Origin: Candidatus Hadarchaeum sp. | Lineage (GTDB): Archaea > Hadarchaeota > Hadarchaeia > Hadarchaeales > Hadarchaeaceae | Length of the DNA: 64,000 bases | Direction: 5' to 3' | Assembly: GCF_038871235.1 (NCBI RefSeq) | Contig: NZ_JAVZIN010000003.1 | Coordinates: 32,001-96,000 of the forward strand | Made by a program: the position numbers and the translations under genes | The notes under the pieces: model-generated | Seen by the model: only the letters and a program-made list of their open reading frames with translations | Told to the model about the DNA's origin: nothing | Database searches by the model: none | In this document: positions 40,823 to 50,331 of the stretch, piece by piece | Layout of the letters: each line of letters starts with the position of its first letter | How positions within the stretch are numbered: position 1 is the stretch's first letter

Positions 40823-41211
40823 AGATGCCGCATCGAAAGAAACGCCGTGGTCAAAATAACGAATTCAGGGGACTGGCATTAGAGCGCGTGTCCCGCCTGT
40901 TTGACCACGCGGAAAGTATTTTCGCGAAGAACCCTGAGCTAGCCGACCGTTACATCAGGGCCGCGTGGAAGCTCAAGACGCGTTACAATTTGAGGTTGCC
41001 CCGGGACATCCGTTTAAAATTTTGTAGAAAGTGTTTGTGCTTTTGGAAGCCCGGGGTGACCTGTCGGGTTAGAGTTAAGCCCAAGATGATTGTTATTACC
41101 TGTTTGAGGTGCGGGCGGGTCAAACGGTTGCCCTATGGTTCAAAGAGGGGCTCTGTAACGGCCGCCGGGGCCTTGGGAAAAACGTTAATACTGCCTGCGA
41201 CCAAAAAGTAG
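40819..41211 (+). CDS. rnp4: RNase P protein Rpp21
   Basis: ERV..LF, A.RY, CRKC...CLRC zinc ribbon. Confidence 0.92.
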   Translation: MKMPHRKKRRGQNNEFRGLALERVSRLFDHAESIFAKNPELADRYIRAAWKLKTRYNLRLPRDIRLKFCRKCLCFWKPGVTCRVRVKPKMIVITCLRCGRVKRLPYGSKRGSVTAAGALGKTLILPATKK

Positions 41212-41230
41212 AGGATTAAATCAGGTTGGA

Positions 41231-41662
41231 ATGGAAATGTCTGTCAGAGAAGTACAACCAACTGCACTGGTGAAGCGGCTGAGCGAGGAACTCAAAAAAA
41301 TCGAGGCGATAAAGCCGCCCCAGTGGAGCATATTCGTCAAGACGGGCGTTCACAAGGAGAGACCGCCGGAGCAGGCTGACTGGTGGTACACTCGGGCGGC
41401 TTCACTGTTGCGGCGCCTCTACGTTGACGGCCCGGTAGGAGTTTCCAGATTGCGCACCTACTACGGGGGCCGGCAGAACCGGGGTCAGCCTCCGGAGCAC
41501 TTTAGGAAAGCCGGGGGTAAGATCATCCGCGTTGCTTTGCAGCAGCTTGAGAAGGCCGGCTTAGTGACCAAGGCTGAGCGCAAGGGCAGGAAGCTCACCA
41601 GCAAGGGCGTGAGCATGGTGGAATCTCTTGCCCAGCAACTGAAGAATGAAATGAAGGCCTGA
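41231..41662 (+). CDS. rps19e: 30S ribosomal protein S19e
   Basis: VKTGVHKERPP, WWYTRAAS, LQQLE. Confidence 0.97.
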   Translation: MEMSVREVQPTALVKRLSEELKKIEAIKPPQWSIFVKTGVHKERPPEQADWWYTRAASLLRRLYVDGPVGVSRLRTYYGGRQNRGQPPEHFRKAGGKIIRVALQQLEKAGLVTKAERKGRKLTSKGVSMVESLAQQLKNEMKA

Positions 41663-41666
41663 TTTT

Positions 41667-41999
41667 ATGGAGGAAGAAAGTGAGCTGGAAGCTTTGCGCA
41701 GGAAGAAGGCTCTAGAGCTACAGGCCCAGTATGAGGAGCAGCAGCGCCAAGCTGAGCTGAGGCGGCAGTTTGAGATCCAGAAGAAGGCGATACTCTCGCA
41801 GATATTGACCCCCGAGGCCCGGAGCCGGCTGGCCAACATCCGAGCGGTAAAGCCCGAGTTTGCCGAGCAGCTGGAGATTCAGCTGATGCAACTGGCTCAG
41901 GCGGGCAGAATTGGCGCCAAGATAACCGACTCCCAGCTTAAGGAGATACTTGATAAATTGCAGTCACGAAAGCGCGATATCAAAATAAGGAGGATTTGA
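41667..41999 (+). CDS. PDCD5-family DNA-binding protein
   Basis: ILTPEARSRLANI; conserved position in the operon. Confidence 0.93.
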   Translation: MEEESELEALRRKKALELQAQYEEQQRQAELRRQFEIQKKAILSQILTPEARSRLANIRAVKPEFAEQLEIQLMQLAQAGRIGAKITDSQLKEILDKLQSRKRDIKIRRI

Positions 42000-42000
42000 C

Positions 42001-42156
42001 ATGGCAAGGAACAAGAGATTCCCAGTGAAAAAAAGGCTGGCTCGGGCGGCGAGAAAAACCAGAAGGGCCCCAGTCTGGGTGATGAGCAAAACTAAGGGTA
42101 AAATCCGCACCAGCGTTAAGCGGAGGAGCTGGCGCAGGTCGAGAATTAAACCATAG
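42001..42156 (+). CDS. rpl39e: 50S ribosomal protein L39e (not in ORF track)
   Basis: Manual translation MARNKRFPVKKRLARAARKTRRAPVWVMSKT...KRRSWRRSRIKP; conserved position. Confidence 0.96.
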   Translation: MARNKRFPVKKRLARAARKTRRAPVWVMSKTKGKIRTSVKRRSWRRSRIKP

Positions 42157-42164
42157 GTGGTCAT

Positions 42165-42416
42165 ATGCCTGAGGAAAAAATATTCGTCATTCCTTTAGGT
42201 GAAGTCAAAAGAGCCCCGCGCTACAGACGCGTTAACCGGGCGACAAGGCTGATTAGAGACTATCTGGTCAGGCACATGAAGTCGGAGAAGATAAAGTTGG
42301 ATCCAAAGCTGAATGAGAAGCTCTGGGAGCGCGGTCAAGAGAAGCCACCATCTAAGATCAGGGTGAAGGCGGTCAAGGATGAGGATGGGATGGTTCACGC
42401 TTCTCCCGCCGAGTAG
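42165..42416 (+). CDS. rpl31e: 50S ribosomal protein L31e
   Basis: PRYRR, RHMK, LNEKLWERG, PPSKIRV. Confidence 0.96.
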   Translation: MPEEKIFVIPLGEVKRAPRYRRVNRATRLIRDYLVRHMKSEKIKLDPKLNEKLWERGQEKPPSKIRVKAVKDEDGMVHASPAE

Positions 42417-42427
42417 CTAAGGTGTAG

Positions 42428-43093
42428 GTGATGACGATAATCAGAATGGCCTTTAACAGAAATCCGTTTTTGGGGGCGTATTCCTTGTGCACCGATAAAA
42501 TTGCTCTGTTGCCTTCCATCTTCCGATTTAATGAGAGGGAGGTGGAGGCAGCCCTAGGGGTGCCCGTAGTTAGAACAGACGTCGACCGGAGCCCGCTGAT
42601 CGGTGTTTTGATGGCCGGCAACTCAAATGGTCTAATCTGTTCGGAACTTTTCGAGATCGGTTCAGGCGCAGGAAGCCTGAAGCCTGATGTGACGGTGGTT
42701 CCAATCCCCGGAAAGTTCAACGCTTTTGGCAACATTTTCCTAGTAAACGACTATGGAGCTGTAGCCAATCCGGATTTACCTGAGGAGATTTTAAAGCTGG
42801 TCGGTCAAAAGCTGCGGGTGCCGGTGGTGCGTGGGACGATAGCCGGGATAAAAAATGTGGGTGCAGTAGGAGTGGCCACCAATCGTGGTGTTTTAGTTCA
42901 TCCCGATGTTACTAGCGATGAGGCCAAGCTCATCGAGAAGACATTGAATGTTCCGGTAGAGGTGGGTACAGCCTGCGCTGGAGTGAAGTTCGTCGGGCTC
43001 TGTATGGCGGCAAATTCTAAGGGAGCTATAGTCGGTATGACGACGACCGGACCCGAACTGGGACGCGTCGAAAGCGCGCTAGGGTTCATCTGA
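42428..43093 (+). CDS. eif6: Translation initiation factor 6
   Basis: GNSNG, NDYGA, TTGPELGRVE. Confidence 0.95.
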   Translation: MMTIIRMAFNRNPFLGAYSLCTDKIALLPSIFRFNEREVEAALGVPVVRTDVDRSPLIGVLMAGNSNGLICSELFEIGSGAGSLKPDVTVVPIPGKFNAFGNIFLVNDYGAVANPDLPEEILKLVGQKLRVPVVRGTIAGIKNVGAVGVATNRGVLVHPDVTSDEAKLIEKTLNVPVEVGTACAGVKFVGLCMAANSKGAIVGMTTTGPELGRVESALGFI

Positions 43094-43102
43094 GGTGATA
43101 GA

Positions 43103-43324
43103 ATGCAAATATATCGGATAAGCGGCTGGTTCAAACAGGGTCTCTTCAAGCAGAAGTTCAGGCGTGAAGTGGTGGCGCTGACAAAGGAGCAAGCCTTGGA
43201 AAGGGTCTACTCCCTTTTAGGGAGCAGGCATGGAATTACCAGAAACAGAATCCATATAGAGGAAGTTGTCGAGATAAATCCTGAGGAGATAACGGATCCG
43301 AGAGTTTTAGCGATGTTGGAGTGA
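43103..43324 (+). CDS. rpl18a: 50S ribosomal protein L18Ae (LX)
   Basis: ALERVYSLLGSRH..RNRIHI. Confidence 0.94.
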   Translation: MQIYRISGWFKQGLFKQKFRREVVALTKEQALERVYSLLGSRHGITRNRIHIEEVVEINPEEITDPRVLAMLE

Positions 43325-43776
43325 TGGTGATGGAGCCCTTAAAGGTCGAGGAAAGGGAGAGGCTGCAGCGCCTTCTTGCTGAGATGAATGATGGTCAGGC
43401 ACTGGTGGAACTCTTGCGTCAGCAGGTCTCAGCGCTGGCAGGGTCCCTTTCCGAACTCAACATGACAGTTGGTGCGTTAAAGTCGCTCAAGGAAATGCCG
43501 CCTTCAACAGACATTCTGGTTCCGCTAGGTTCAGATACCTTTGTCCCGGCCAAGCTGTCGTCTGCCGAAAGGGTGCTAGTCGGGCTGGGCGCTGATGTCA
43601 TGGTTGAAAGAACCGCTGAAGAGGCGATAAAGTTCTTGGAAGCTAGGATTGCAGAGATCGAAAAGGCCGTCGAGCAGACCAAGACAGAGCTGAAAAAGGT
43701 TGAGGACCGGATCGAGGCCATCAGGCCCGAGGCGGAAAAGTTATTGGTCAAGGCGCGGGGAGCGACCAGTAAATAG
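43321..43776 (+). CDS. pfdA: Prefoldin alpha subunit
   Basis: Coiled coils flanking LVPLG and VLVGLGA hairpins. Confidence 0.94.
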   Translation: MMVMEPLKVEERERLQRLLAEMNDGQALVELLRQQVSALAGSLSELNMTVGALKSLKEMPPSTDILVPLGSDTFVPAKLSSAERVLVGLGADVMVERTAEEAIKFLEARIAEIEKAVEQTKTELKKVEDRIEAIRPEAEKLLVKARGATSK

Positions 43777-43787
43777 AGGCCGCACCG

Positions 43788-44981
43788 ATGTTTGAGAAGC
43801 TCAAGCAGAAGCTGAAGCAGGTAAAGGAGCGCATAACTAAAAAAATAGCTCCTGAGCCGATGGGCGAGGAAACTCCTGAGATCACAGCAGGGACCCAGCC
43901 GGAAGCTTTGTCCGTGGAGGAGGTCAAGCCTGAAATTAAACTTGAGATCAGCGCAGAGGAGCGGGTTAGGCTTGAAGTACCTGAGAAGAAACCAGTGGTC
44001 GAGGTCAAGCGTAAAGTCCCTGAAATAGAAGCGGAGAGGAAACCGGTTGGGAAAGTCAAGGCAGGAGTTATCCTTCCTGAGAAGCCAAAGCGTGGTTTTA
44101 TCAGGGCGGTCAAGCGAGTGGCCGGCCGGGAGCTGACGGCTAAGGATATTGATGATATTCTCTGGGAGCTCCAGGTGGCCATGCTTGAGAGCGATGTTGC
44201 CGTGCCAGTCGCCGACCAGATAGTTGAGCGGGTGAAGATGGGTCTGGTGGGAAAGAGGGTGGGCATTAGAGCTGACTTGAAAAAAATGGCCGATGAGGTT
44301 CTCAGTGATGCCATAAAGGAAGTGCTAAGGAGCGAGCATGAGGTCGATTTAATCAAGATAATTAAGGAGAAGAGGGCGAAGGGTGATCCGGCGGTGTTGG
44401 TGTTTGTGGGCATCAATGGTCATGGTAAGACGACTACCATTGCCAAGCTGGCCAGATATCTTACCAAGCGTGGCTTCAAGGTGGTCCTCGCTGCGGGCGA
44501 CACCTTCCGAGCGGCAGGCATAGAGCAGCTTGAGATACATGCCAAGCGCTTGGGGGTGGACATAGTAAAGCAGAGAAGAGGAGCCGACTCCGCCGCTGTG
44601 GCTTACGATGCGATAGAGCACGCAAGAGCTCGGAACCTTGATGTGGTGCTGGTGGACACCGCTGGAAGAATGCAGACTGATGTCAATCTGATGGATGAGA
44701 TGAAGAAGATCGTGAGGGTGGCCAAGCCCGATGCAGTTATTTTTGTCGGTGATGCCCTCACCGGAAATGACGCGGTGGAACAGGCTAGGTCCTTTGATCA
44801 GGCGGTTGGCATCACCGGGACCATCCTATGCAAGATGGACGCCGACGCTCGGGGGGGCGCAGCTCTCTCGATAACCCAAGTTACTGGCAAGCCCATCTTG
44901 TTTTTAGGTACCGGGCAGGGGTACGATGACTTGGTGGAATTCAAGCCGGAGATAATCCTCAATGCATTGTTTGGTGATTGA
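43788..44981 (+). CDS. ftsY: SRP receptor FtsY
   Basis: GINGHGKTTT, DTFRAAG, DTAGR, GTGQGYDDL. Confidence 0.96.
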   Translation: MFEKLKQKLKQVKERITKKIAPEPMGEETPEITAGTQPEALSVEEVKPEIKLEISAEERVRLEVPEKKPVVEVKRKVPEIEAERKPVGKVKAGVILPEKPKRGFIRAVKRVAGRELTAKDIDDILWELQVAMLESDVAVPVADQIVERVKMGLVGKRVGIRADLKKMADEVLSDAIKEVLRSEHEVDLIKIIKEKRAKGDPAVLVFVGINGHGKTTTIAKLARYLTKRGFKVVLAAGDTFRAAGIEQLEIHAKRLGVDIVKQRRGADSAAVAYDAIEHARARNLDVVLVDTAGRMQTDVNLMDEMKKIVRVAKPDAVIFVGDALTGNDAVEQARSFDQAVGITGTILCKMDADARGGAALSITQVTGKPILFLGTGQGYDDLVEFKPEIILNALFGD

Positions 44982-45025
44982 TTTTCTGCTTTCGGAGTGG
45001 TATTTAATCTACTAAGGGTTCAAGA

Positions 45026-45688
45026 CTATTTATCCCCATTTAGGCCAACAAATTTAATCCCCACTGCTGGTACCTTGTATCTTCCGGTCAGTTTGATGAG
45101 AAGGGCCGTCACCGGTTCCACTAGCCGGCTGTTGCAGAGGCGACCTCCGTCGATGGCCCGCAGATTAGCGATTTTTTCCACATAGCTCATGGTCTGACGT
45201 CTGGCTTGGGCATCGTCACCGCAGACCACGGTATCTCCCTCGATGGGGCGGTCAATTCTCTGTAGTTCTTGAGCGCCGATCGTTTGAAGTGCCGAGCAGA
45301 CTCGCACCCTATCTCCAACCAACTTGGCGACGGTTTCGGCGGCAGAACCGGCCGGAGGTGAGTAGCAGGTGAGCAGGCCTTCGGTCAGCTTGAGCGGCAC
45401 CATGGCGCTCAGCATTATTTTATCCATGGAGAGGGCTGGCGCCACCTCCTCCAGTATCTTTTCACACCCCTCAAAGGGAACACTCATAACGATGAAATCG
45501 GCACTCCTCGTCGCTTCCAAGTTGGTTTCGCCAAGGATGGTTTTGCCTACTTTCAAGCTCAGTTCTTGGGCAATCCTTTCGGCTTTTTCTTTCGATCGTG
45601 ATCCGATAATTACCTTTTCGCCCGCCATCGCCCAGCGCATGGCAAGGCCTTGTCCTAGATCTCCGGTTCCTCCTAAGATGGCGATCAT
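45026..45688 (-). CDS. fno: F420H2:NADP+ oxidoreductase
   Basis: GGTGDLGQGLA, IGSR, VCGDD, DGG.L.NSR.VE. Confidence 0.92.
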   Translation of the reverse strand: MIAILGGTGDLGQGLAMRWAMAGEKVIIGSRSKEKAERIAQELSLKVGKTILGETNLEATRSADFIVMSVPFEGCEKILEEVAPALSMDKIMLSAMVPLKLTEGLLTCYSPPAGSAAETVAKLVGDRVRVCSALQTIGAQELQRIDRPIEGDTVVCGDDAQARRQTMSYVEKIANLRAIDGGRLCNSRLVEPVTALLIKLTGRYKVPAVGIKFVGLNGDK

Positions 45689-45814
45689 AGCATCAGCAAA
45701 ATCATTTTCTCTCGGTCTTGAAAAGGCTTGTTGTTTAGGTAGAGGATTTACGTGATAATCGACTCGATTTTTACCTGTGGGACAATTATCATGTAAGTGG
45801 CAGATTACCCAGGG

Positions 45815-45826
45815 GAAAGTTAAATA
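45815..45826 (+). promoter_or_regulatory. BRE-TATA promoter for the C/D sRNA
   Basis: GAAAG-TTAAATA about 25 nt upstream of the predicted sRNA 5' end. Confidence 0.6.
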
Positions 45827-45850
45827 CCCGAATAAAATTTAATTATAATC

Positions 45851-45918
45851 GGCACGAATGATGTCAAGACATCGTCTGAGCAAGGCGATGATAAGAATGA
45901 TGGGCGGACTGACGTGCT
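45851..45918 (+). ncRNA. Box C/D guide sRNA
   Basis: Terminal stem GCACG/CGTGC; box C ATGATGT 45858; D' CTGA 45876; C' ATGATAA 45888; D CTGA 45909. D-guide TGATGGGCGG is complementary to 16S CCGCCCGUCA. Confidence 0.85.
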
Positions 45919-46296
45919 TTAAATTCCATAAGTAATTACTCGAGCACCATGGCCGCAGTACTTCAACTGTCGGCAACTTCTACAGAGCGCATAAAGAGCT
46001 TCTAGGTCACCCCGTTTGCCCAGCTCGATTGCCGGGTCGCAGGCGTCGGTTCTGAACTCCTTGCCCGTTCCAAAGGCGACAAGCGTCAGCGTTTTGACGA
46101 TGCCCTCGATGGTGTGGATTTTCTCGGGTATCACTTTGACCAGCTTTTCAAAAGAGTCGGTTTCCACCTTGGCCACAATGGCATACGGTCCGGCCACCGT
46201 GTAAGCTTCCGCAACCTCATCTACATTTAACAATCTGTTCAGGACGTCATCAATCCGCCCCAGCTTTGTCTCCACAAGGACGAAGGCAACTGGCAT
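45919..46296 (-). CDS. Lrp/AsnC ligand-binding (RAM) domain protein with Cys-rich tail
   Basis: AFVLV, AYTVAGPYAIVAKV, GIVKTLTL; then C...CRSC...C. Confidence 0.85.
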   Translation of the reverse strand: MPVAFVLVETKLGRIDDVLNRLLNVDEVAEAYTVAGPYAIVAKVETDSFEKLVKVIPEKIHTIEGIVKTLTLVAFGTGKEFRTDACDPAIELGKRGDLEALYALCRSCRQLKYCGHGARVITYGI

Positions 46297-46304
46297 TTTT
46301 ACCC

Positions 46305-46535
46305 CTACTCAAAGGCGAACATGGTCAAAGTGTTTTTGACCCCATCCACCAGCTGGATCTTTCTAGTTACGGCTTCAGCGACTTTTTCGAACTTATCCGC
46401 CTGTAGCTTTACCACGATGTCGTGAGGACCGGCTACGGTGTAGGCCTCGACAACACCCTCTGTTCGTCTGAGCTGACCTAGGATTTCGCGGATTTTGCCC
46501 ACATCGGCGTCAATTAAAACAAATGCTACGGGCAT
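46305..46535 (-). CDS. Stand-alone Lrp/AsnC RAM domain protein
   Basis: AFVLI, AYTVAGPHDIVVK, GVKNTLT. Confidence 0.88.
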   Translation of the reverse strand: MPVAFVLIDADVGKIREILGQLRRTEGVVEAYTVAGPHDIVVKLQADKFEKVAEAVTRKIQLVDGVKNTLTMFAFE

Positions 46536-46548
46536 GTTTTTTATCACC

Positions 46549-47907
46549 TCATACTTTGGGTATCTTGGCGATGGCTTCCTTGACCAGCTTTTCCGGATAC
46601 TCATAGTCGACCAGCTTGCCGCGCAGGAAGGCGTCGTAGGCCGCTAGGTCGAAGTGCCCGTGCCCGCTGTTGTTGAAAAGTATCACCCTTTCCTCCCCAG
46701 TCTCCCTGCATCTCAATGCTTCATCTACCACTCCCTTTATAGCATGTGAGGTTTCAGGGGCAGGTATAAAGCCCTCCGTTTCCGCGAAGAGCTTGGCTGC
46801 GTTGAAAACTTCCGTTTGATGATAGGCTGCGGCCTCCATGTATCCTTCATGGGTGAGCTTGCAGAGAAGTGGGGCATCTCCATGATATCTCAAACCACCG
46901 GCATGGATTGGGGGTGGCACGAAACAGTGGCCCAGTGTGTACATCTTCAACAACGGAGTCATCGCCGCCGTGTCACCGAAGTCGTACATGTAGGGTCCTT
47001 TGGTCAGAGTAGGGCAGGCTTTAGGTTCACAGGATACCGCTCGCAGTTCAGGTTTTTTCCCGGTTAGTTTATCGGCGAGAAACGGGAAGACAAGTCCGGA
47101 GAAATTGCTACCTCCGCCGACGCAACCGAAGATCACGTCGGGATAATCGCCGGCCAGTTCAAGTTGTTTTTTGGCTTCAAGACCGATAACTGTTTGATGC
47201 AATAGCACATGGTTAAGCACGCTACCTAAGGAATACTTAGTATCGTCGTGAGTAGCAGCGTCCTCGATGGCCTCAGAAATCGCGATCCCCAAACTTCCCG
47301 GGTTGTTTGGGTCTTCCTTCAAGACCCTTCGACCGTACTCCGTTCTGTTGCTGGGACTGGGGACGCATTCAGCCCCCCAAGTTTCCATCAAGATGCGGCG
47401 ATAGGGTTTCTGGTCGTAGCTGACCCGAACCATGTACACAGTGCATTTGAGCCCGAAGAGCATCGTGCCAAAGGCCAGTGCACTCCCCCATTGCCCAGCC
47501 CCAGTTTCTGTGGCCAGCCTCTGCACCCCCTCTTTCATGTTGTAATAGGCTTGAGCAACCGCGGTGTTCGGCTTATGGCTTCCAGGTGGGCTGACTCCCT
47601 CCCACTTGTAGTAAATTCTCGCAGGAGTCTTCAGCGCCTTCTCGAGCCGGAGTGCCCGGTAGAGGGGTGTTGGGCGCCAGATTCGGTATACGTCCCTGAC
47701 TTCTTCAGGAATTGGTATCCAGCGTTCTTGGCTCACCTCTTGCTTTATCAGCTCCATGGGGAAGATCCGGGCCAAATCTTGGGGCCCGATCGGTTCCTTG
47801 GTCGCCGGGTTGATTGGCGGGTCCAAGGGGGATGGCAGATCCGCTTGGATGTTGTACCAAGCCTTAGGAATCTCTTCTTCATCCAGAAGGTATTTCATCT
47901 GCTTCAT
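46549..47907 (-). CDS. trpB2: Tryptophan synthase beta chain 2 (TrpB2)
   Basis: [45 protein letters not shown]. Confidence 0.95.
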   Translation of the reverse strand: MKQMKYLLDEEEIPKAWYNIQADLPSPLDPPINPATKEPIGPQDLARIFPMELIKQEVSQERWIPIPEEVRDVYRIWRPTPLYRALRLEKALKTPARIYYKWEGVSPPGSHKPNTAVAQAYYNMKEGVQRLATETGAGQWGSALAFGTMLFGLKCTVYMVRVSYDQKPYRRILMETWGAECVPSPSNRTEYGRRVLKEDPNNPGSLGIAISEAIEDAATHDDTKYSLGSVLNHVLLHQTVIGLEAKKQLELAGDYPDVIFGCVGGGSNFSGLVFPFLADKLTGKKPELRAVSCEPKACPTLTKGPYMYDFGDTAAMTPLLKMYTLGHCFVPPPIHAGGLRYHGDAPLLCKLTHEGYMEAAAYHQTEVFNAAKLFAETEGFIPAPETSHAIKGVVDEALRCRETGEERVILFNNSGHGHFDLAAYDAFLRGKLVDYEYPEKLVKEAIAKIPKV

Positions 47908-47977
47908 TTTTTCGACCACCTCTAATATTACCGTGCCCTTTATAAGCTTTGTGCTATTAAGTTCATCAAGGTACAAA

Positions 47978-48613
47978 ATGATACAAACACTAATTCAGCT
48001 GCCAATAGGGTTCATCATCGGGCTCTCCGGTTCGCTAATCCCTGGACCGCTTCTGGCCTACACCATGGCGAAATCGCCAGCGTACGGTGCCCGCACGGGG
48101 CCGCTGGCTGTGGCTGGGCACGTTTTGGTGGAGCTGGCAATCCTTTCCCTGATTGCACTGGGCTTGGATGTCATCCTCCAGGCGAGTGCCTTTCAGCTGG
48201 GCTTCGGTCTCTTTGGAGGCGTGATGTTAATAATTCTGGGTCTCGATGGAGTTTCCAAGTTGCGGAACAGCCCGGCTCCCAAGAAAATGGTGGCCACCAA
48301 ACACCATCCAGTTCTCGGCGGCATTCTCTACAGCACCCTCTTGAATCCCACCGTCATCTTCTGGTGGGCTACTATTGGGGTGGCCACTATCATGGAGGCC
48401 TATTTGGTTGCCTCCTTGGCCGGGGTCACCCTCTGGTTGATCGGTCACTTTTTTTCTGATCTGACGTGGTTCTCGCTGGTTTCGGTTTCGGTGGTGAAGG
48501 GTAAGAAAGTGATTGGGGTCCGGGGCTACCGGGCAATCCTGCTCTTCTGCACACTGCTGCTACTTGTCCTGGGAGTCTATTTCATTATCAAGTACGGCCA
48601 GCAACTGTTTTAG
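47978..48613 (+). CDS. LysE-family translocator
   Basis: [17 protein letters not shown]...WWAT, GHFFSD. Confidence 0.88.
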   Translation: MIQTLIQLPIGFIIGLSGSLIPGPLLAYTMAKSPAYGARTGPLAVAGHVLVELAILSLIALGLDVILQASAFQLGFGLFGGVMLIILGLDGVSKLRNSPAPKKMVATKHHPVLGGILYSTLLNPTVIFWWATIGVATIMEAYLVASLAGVTLWLIGHFFSDLTWFSLVSVSVVKGKKVIGVRGYRAILLFCTLLLLVLGVYFIIKYGQQLF

Positions 48614-49237
48614 AACCTCCAGCGTTTTGGTGCCTGTTCCGGTTTTTTTCAATTTCAGCAAATCTTCCGGTTCGTCTACATCGAAGGATACCGTAGTTGA
48701 CCGGTAGATGTGGGGCTTAATCCCAGCGCGCACCGCTTCGGCCAAGTGCTGGGGAAAGCTTTCTCCACCGAACTTTGGGTCCATGAGATCTGGTGGCCTG
48801 ATAAATAACGCGTTAGTTCCATTTGCCTTTGAGGGGGCGATGACCACATCGCGTTCGGCGGTTGCCATGGCGACGATGTTCTCGATGTCAACAGTCCTGA
48901 TTAGTGGTAGATCTCCTGGGAGCAACAGCACAGCCTTGGCCCCGGAGGCGACAGCGTGGGACATCGCCAGTTGAAAAGCCCCGTTAAGATCGAGTCCTGG
49001 ATCCTTAACACCCTCGGCATGCCTGGCTTGGGCGAAGCCAAGCACTTCGTTGTCAGGGGAAACGACAGCTGTTTTGAATATTGATGGTGCTTCACCAATC
49101 GCGTGAAGCATGTCGGCTAGCATAGCTAGGACTAAACTACGGCGGGTCACTTGGTCCAAAACTCGAGCAAGGCTGGACTTCGCCTCGTCCAGATGCTTTA
49201 CCGGAATGATGGCCCAGATGCTCATGATAGCAGGCAT
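48560..49237 (-). CDS. cofC: 2-phospho-L-lactate/PEP guanylyltransferase
   Basis: IPVK...AKS, DLP, GTNAL, FG..SF..H, DVDEPEDL. Confidence 0.93.
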   Translation of the reverse strand: MPAIMSIWAIIPVKHLDEAKSSLARVLDQVTRRSLVLAMLADMLHAIGEAPSIFKTAVVSPDNEVLGFAQARHAEGVKDPGLDLNGAFQLAMSHAVASGAKAVLLLPGDLPLIRTVDIENIVAMATAERDVVIAPSKANGTNALFIRPPDLMDPKFGGESFPQHLAEAVRAGIKPHIYRSTTVSFDVDEPEDLLKLKKTGTGTKTLEVLKQLLAVLDNEIDSQDK

Positions 49238-49257
49238 ATTTATGTTGTTCCTGTTTT

Positions 49258-50331
49258 ATGGTTCTGTCGAGGTGGTGCCCCGTGTCTTTTAAAAGGGAGA
49301 TCAGCTACTCTCGCAACGTCTTTTTACCTGTGACCAACCTCTGTCGTAATCGTTGCTTTTACTGCGGCTTCAGGAAGGATCCTGGTGATGGCGCGTGGTT
49401 CATGTCACCTGAGGAGGTCTTGCAGTTGGCTAGGTTGGGCAAGAGGGCTGGCTGCACTGAGGCCCTGATTACCCTTGGCGAACACCCTGAGGTTTACCCG
49501 CTAGCGAGAGAAAAGCTGGACGAACTTGGTTATCGCACTACTGTGGATTATCTTGTTGACCTCTGCAAGCAGATACTTGAAATCGGACTACTACCCCACA
49601 CTAACGCCGGAGTCCTGAAGCCGTCGGAATTGCAGCGCCTGCGTCGGTACAATGCCAGCATGGGATTGATGCTCGAGACCACTGCTCATCTCCCTGCCCA
49701 CTCGATGAGCCCGGGCAAGGAACCGAAGCTGAGGCTGGCGACCATCGAAGCCGCGGGAAAACTGAACATACCCTTTACCACAGGCTTATTGGTAGGAATT
49801 GGTGAGGGTCCTGACGACCGCCTTCAATCCCTTTTGGAGATTAAGAAGCTCCATGAGAGATACAGGCATATCCAGGAGATAATCATCCAGCCATTTGATC
49901 CCAAGCCAGGCACATTGATGCAGTCGTGGCAGTCCCCGGATGAGAAAACCCTATTGACCACGGTGGCCCTAGCTCGAGCTACTCTCACCGACGTTAGCGT
50001 TCAGGTGCCCCCCAATCTATTGAGCTTAAATGGATCAGTAGCGCAGCCGGGGGGCCCTGAGTTCAACGCGGCCGTTTCTAGGGCGATCTCGGCCGGTGCC
50101 TCTGATTTTGGCGGCATTTCGCCAGTAACCCCAGATTTCATCAACTTTGATCATCCCTGGCCTAGTTTAGCCCAGCTTCGTGCCGCCATAGCGTCTGCTG
50201 GCCGCATACCTAGGGAGAGGTTACCCATCTACCCACGCTTCATAAATGAGGAGAGGTTTATGTCAAGTGAGGTGAAGAAGCTTGTCCTTGAGCTTGCCGA
50301 TGAGGAAGGCTATCGTGCTGAAGCGGTCTAG
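49258..50331 (+). CDS. cofG: FO synthase subunit CofG
   Basis: SYSRNVFLPVTNLCRNRCFYC, LPHTNAG, SMGLMLE, QVPPNL. Confidence 0.94.
   Translation: MVLSRWCPVSFKREISYSRNVFLPVTNLCRNRCFYCGFRKDPGDGAWFMSPEEVLQLARLGKRAGCTEALITLGEHPEVYPLAREKLDELGYRTTVDYLVDLCKQILEIGLLPHTNAGVLKPSELQRLRRYNASMGLMLETTAHLPAHSMSPGKEPKLRLATIEAAGKLNIPFTTGLLVGIGEGPDDRLQSLLEIKKLHERYRHIQEIIIQPFDPKPGTLMQSWQSPDEKTLLTTVALARATLTDVSVQVPPNLLSLNGSVAQPGGPEFNAAVSRAISAGASDFGGISPVTPDFINFDHPWPSLAQLRAAIASAGRIPRERLPIYPRFINEERFMSSEVKKLVLELADEEGYRAEAV

Noticed and set aside
43850-44100. Repetitive EVPEKKP/KVPE segments in ftsY
   Set aside because: Ordinary low-complexity N-terminal region of FtsY.
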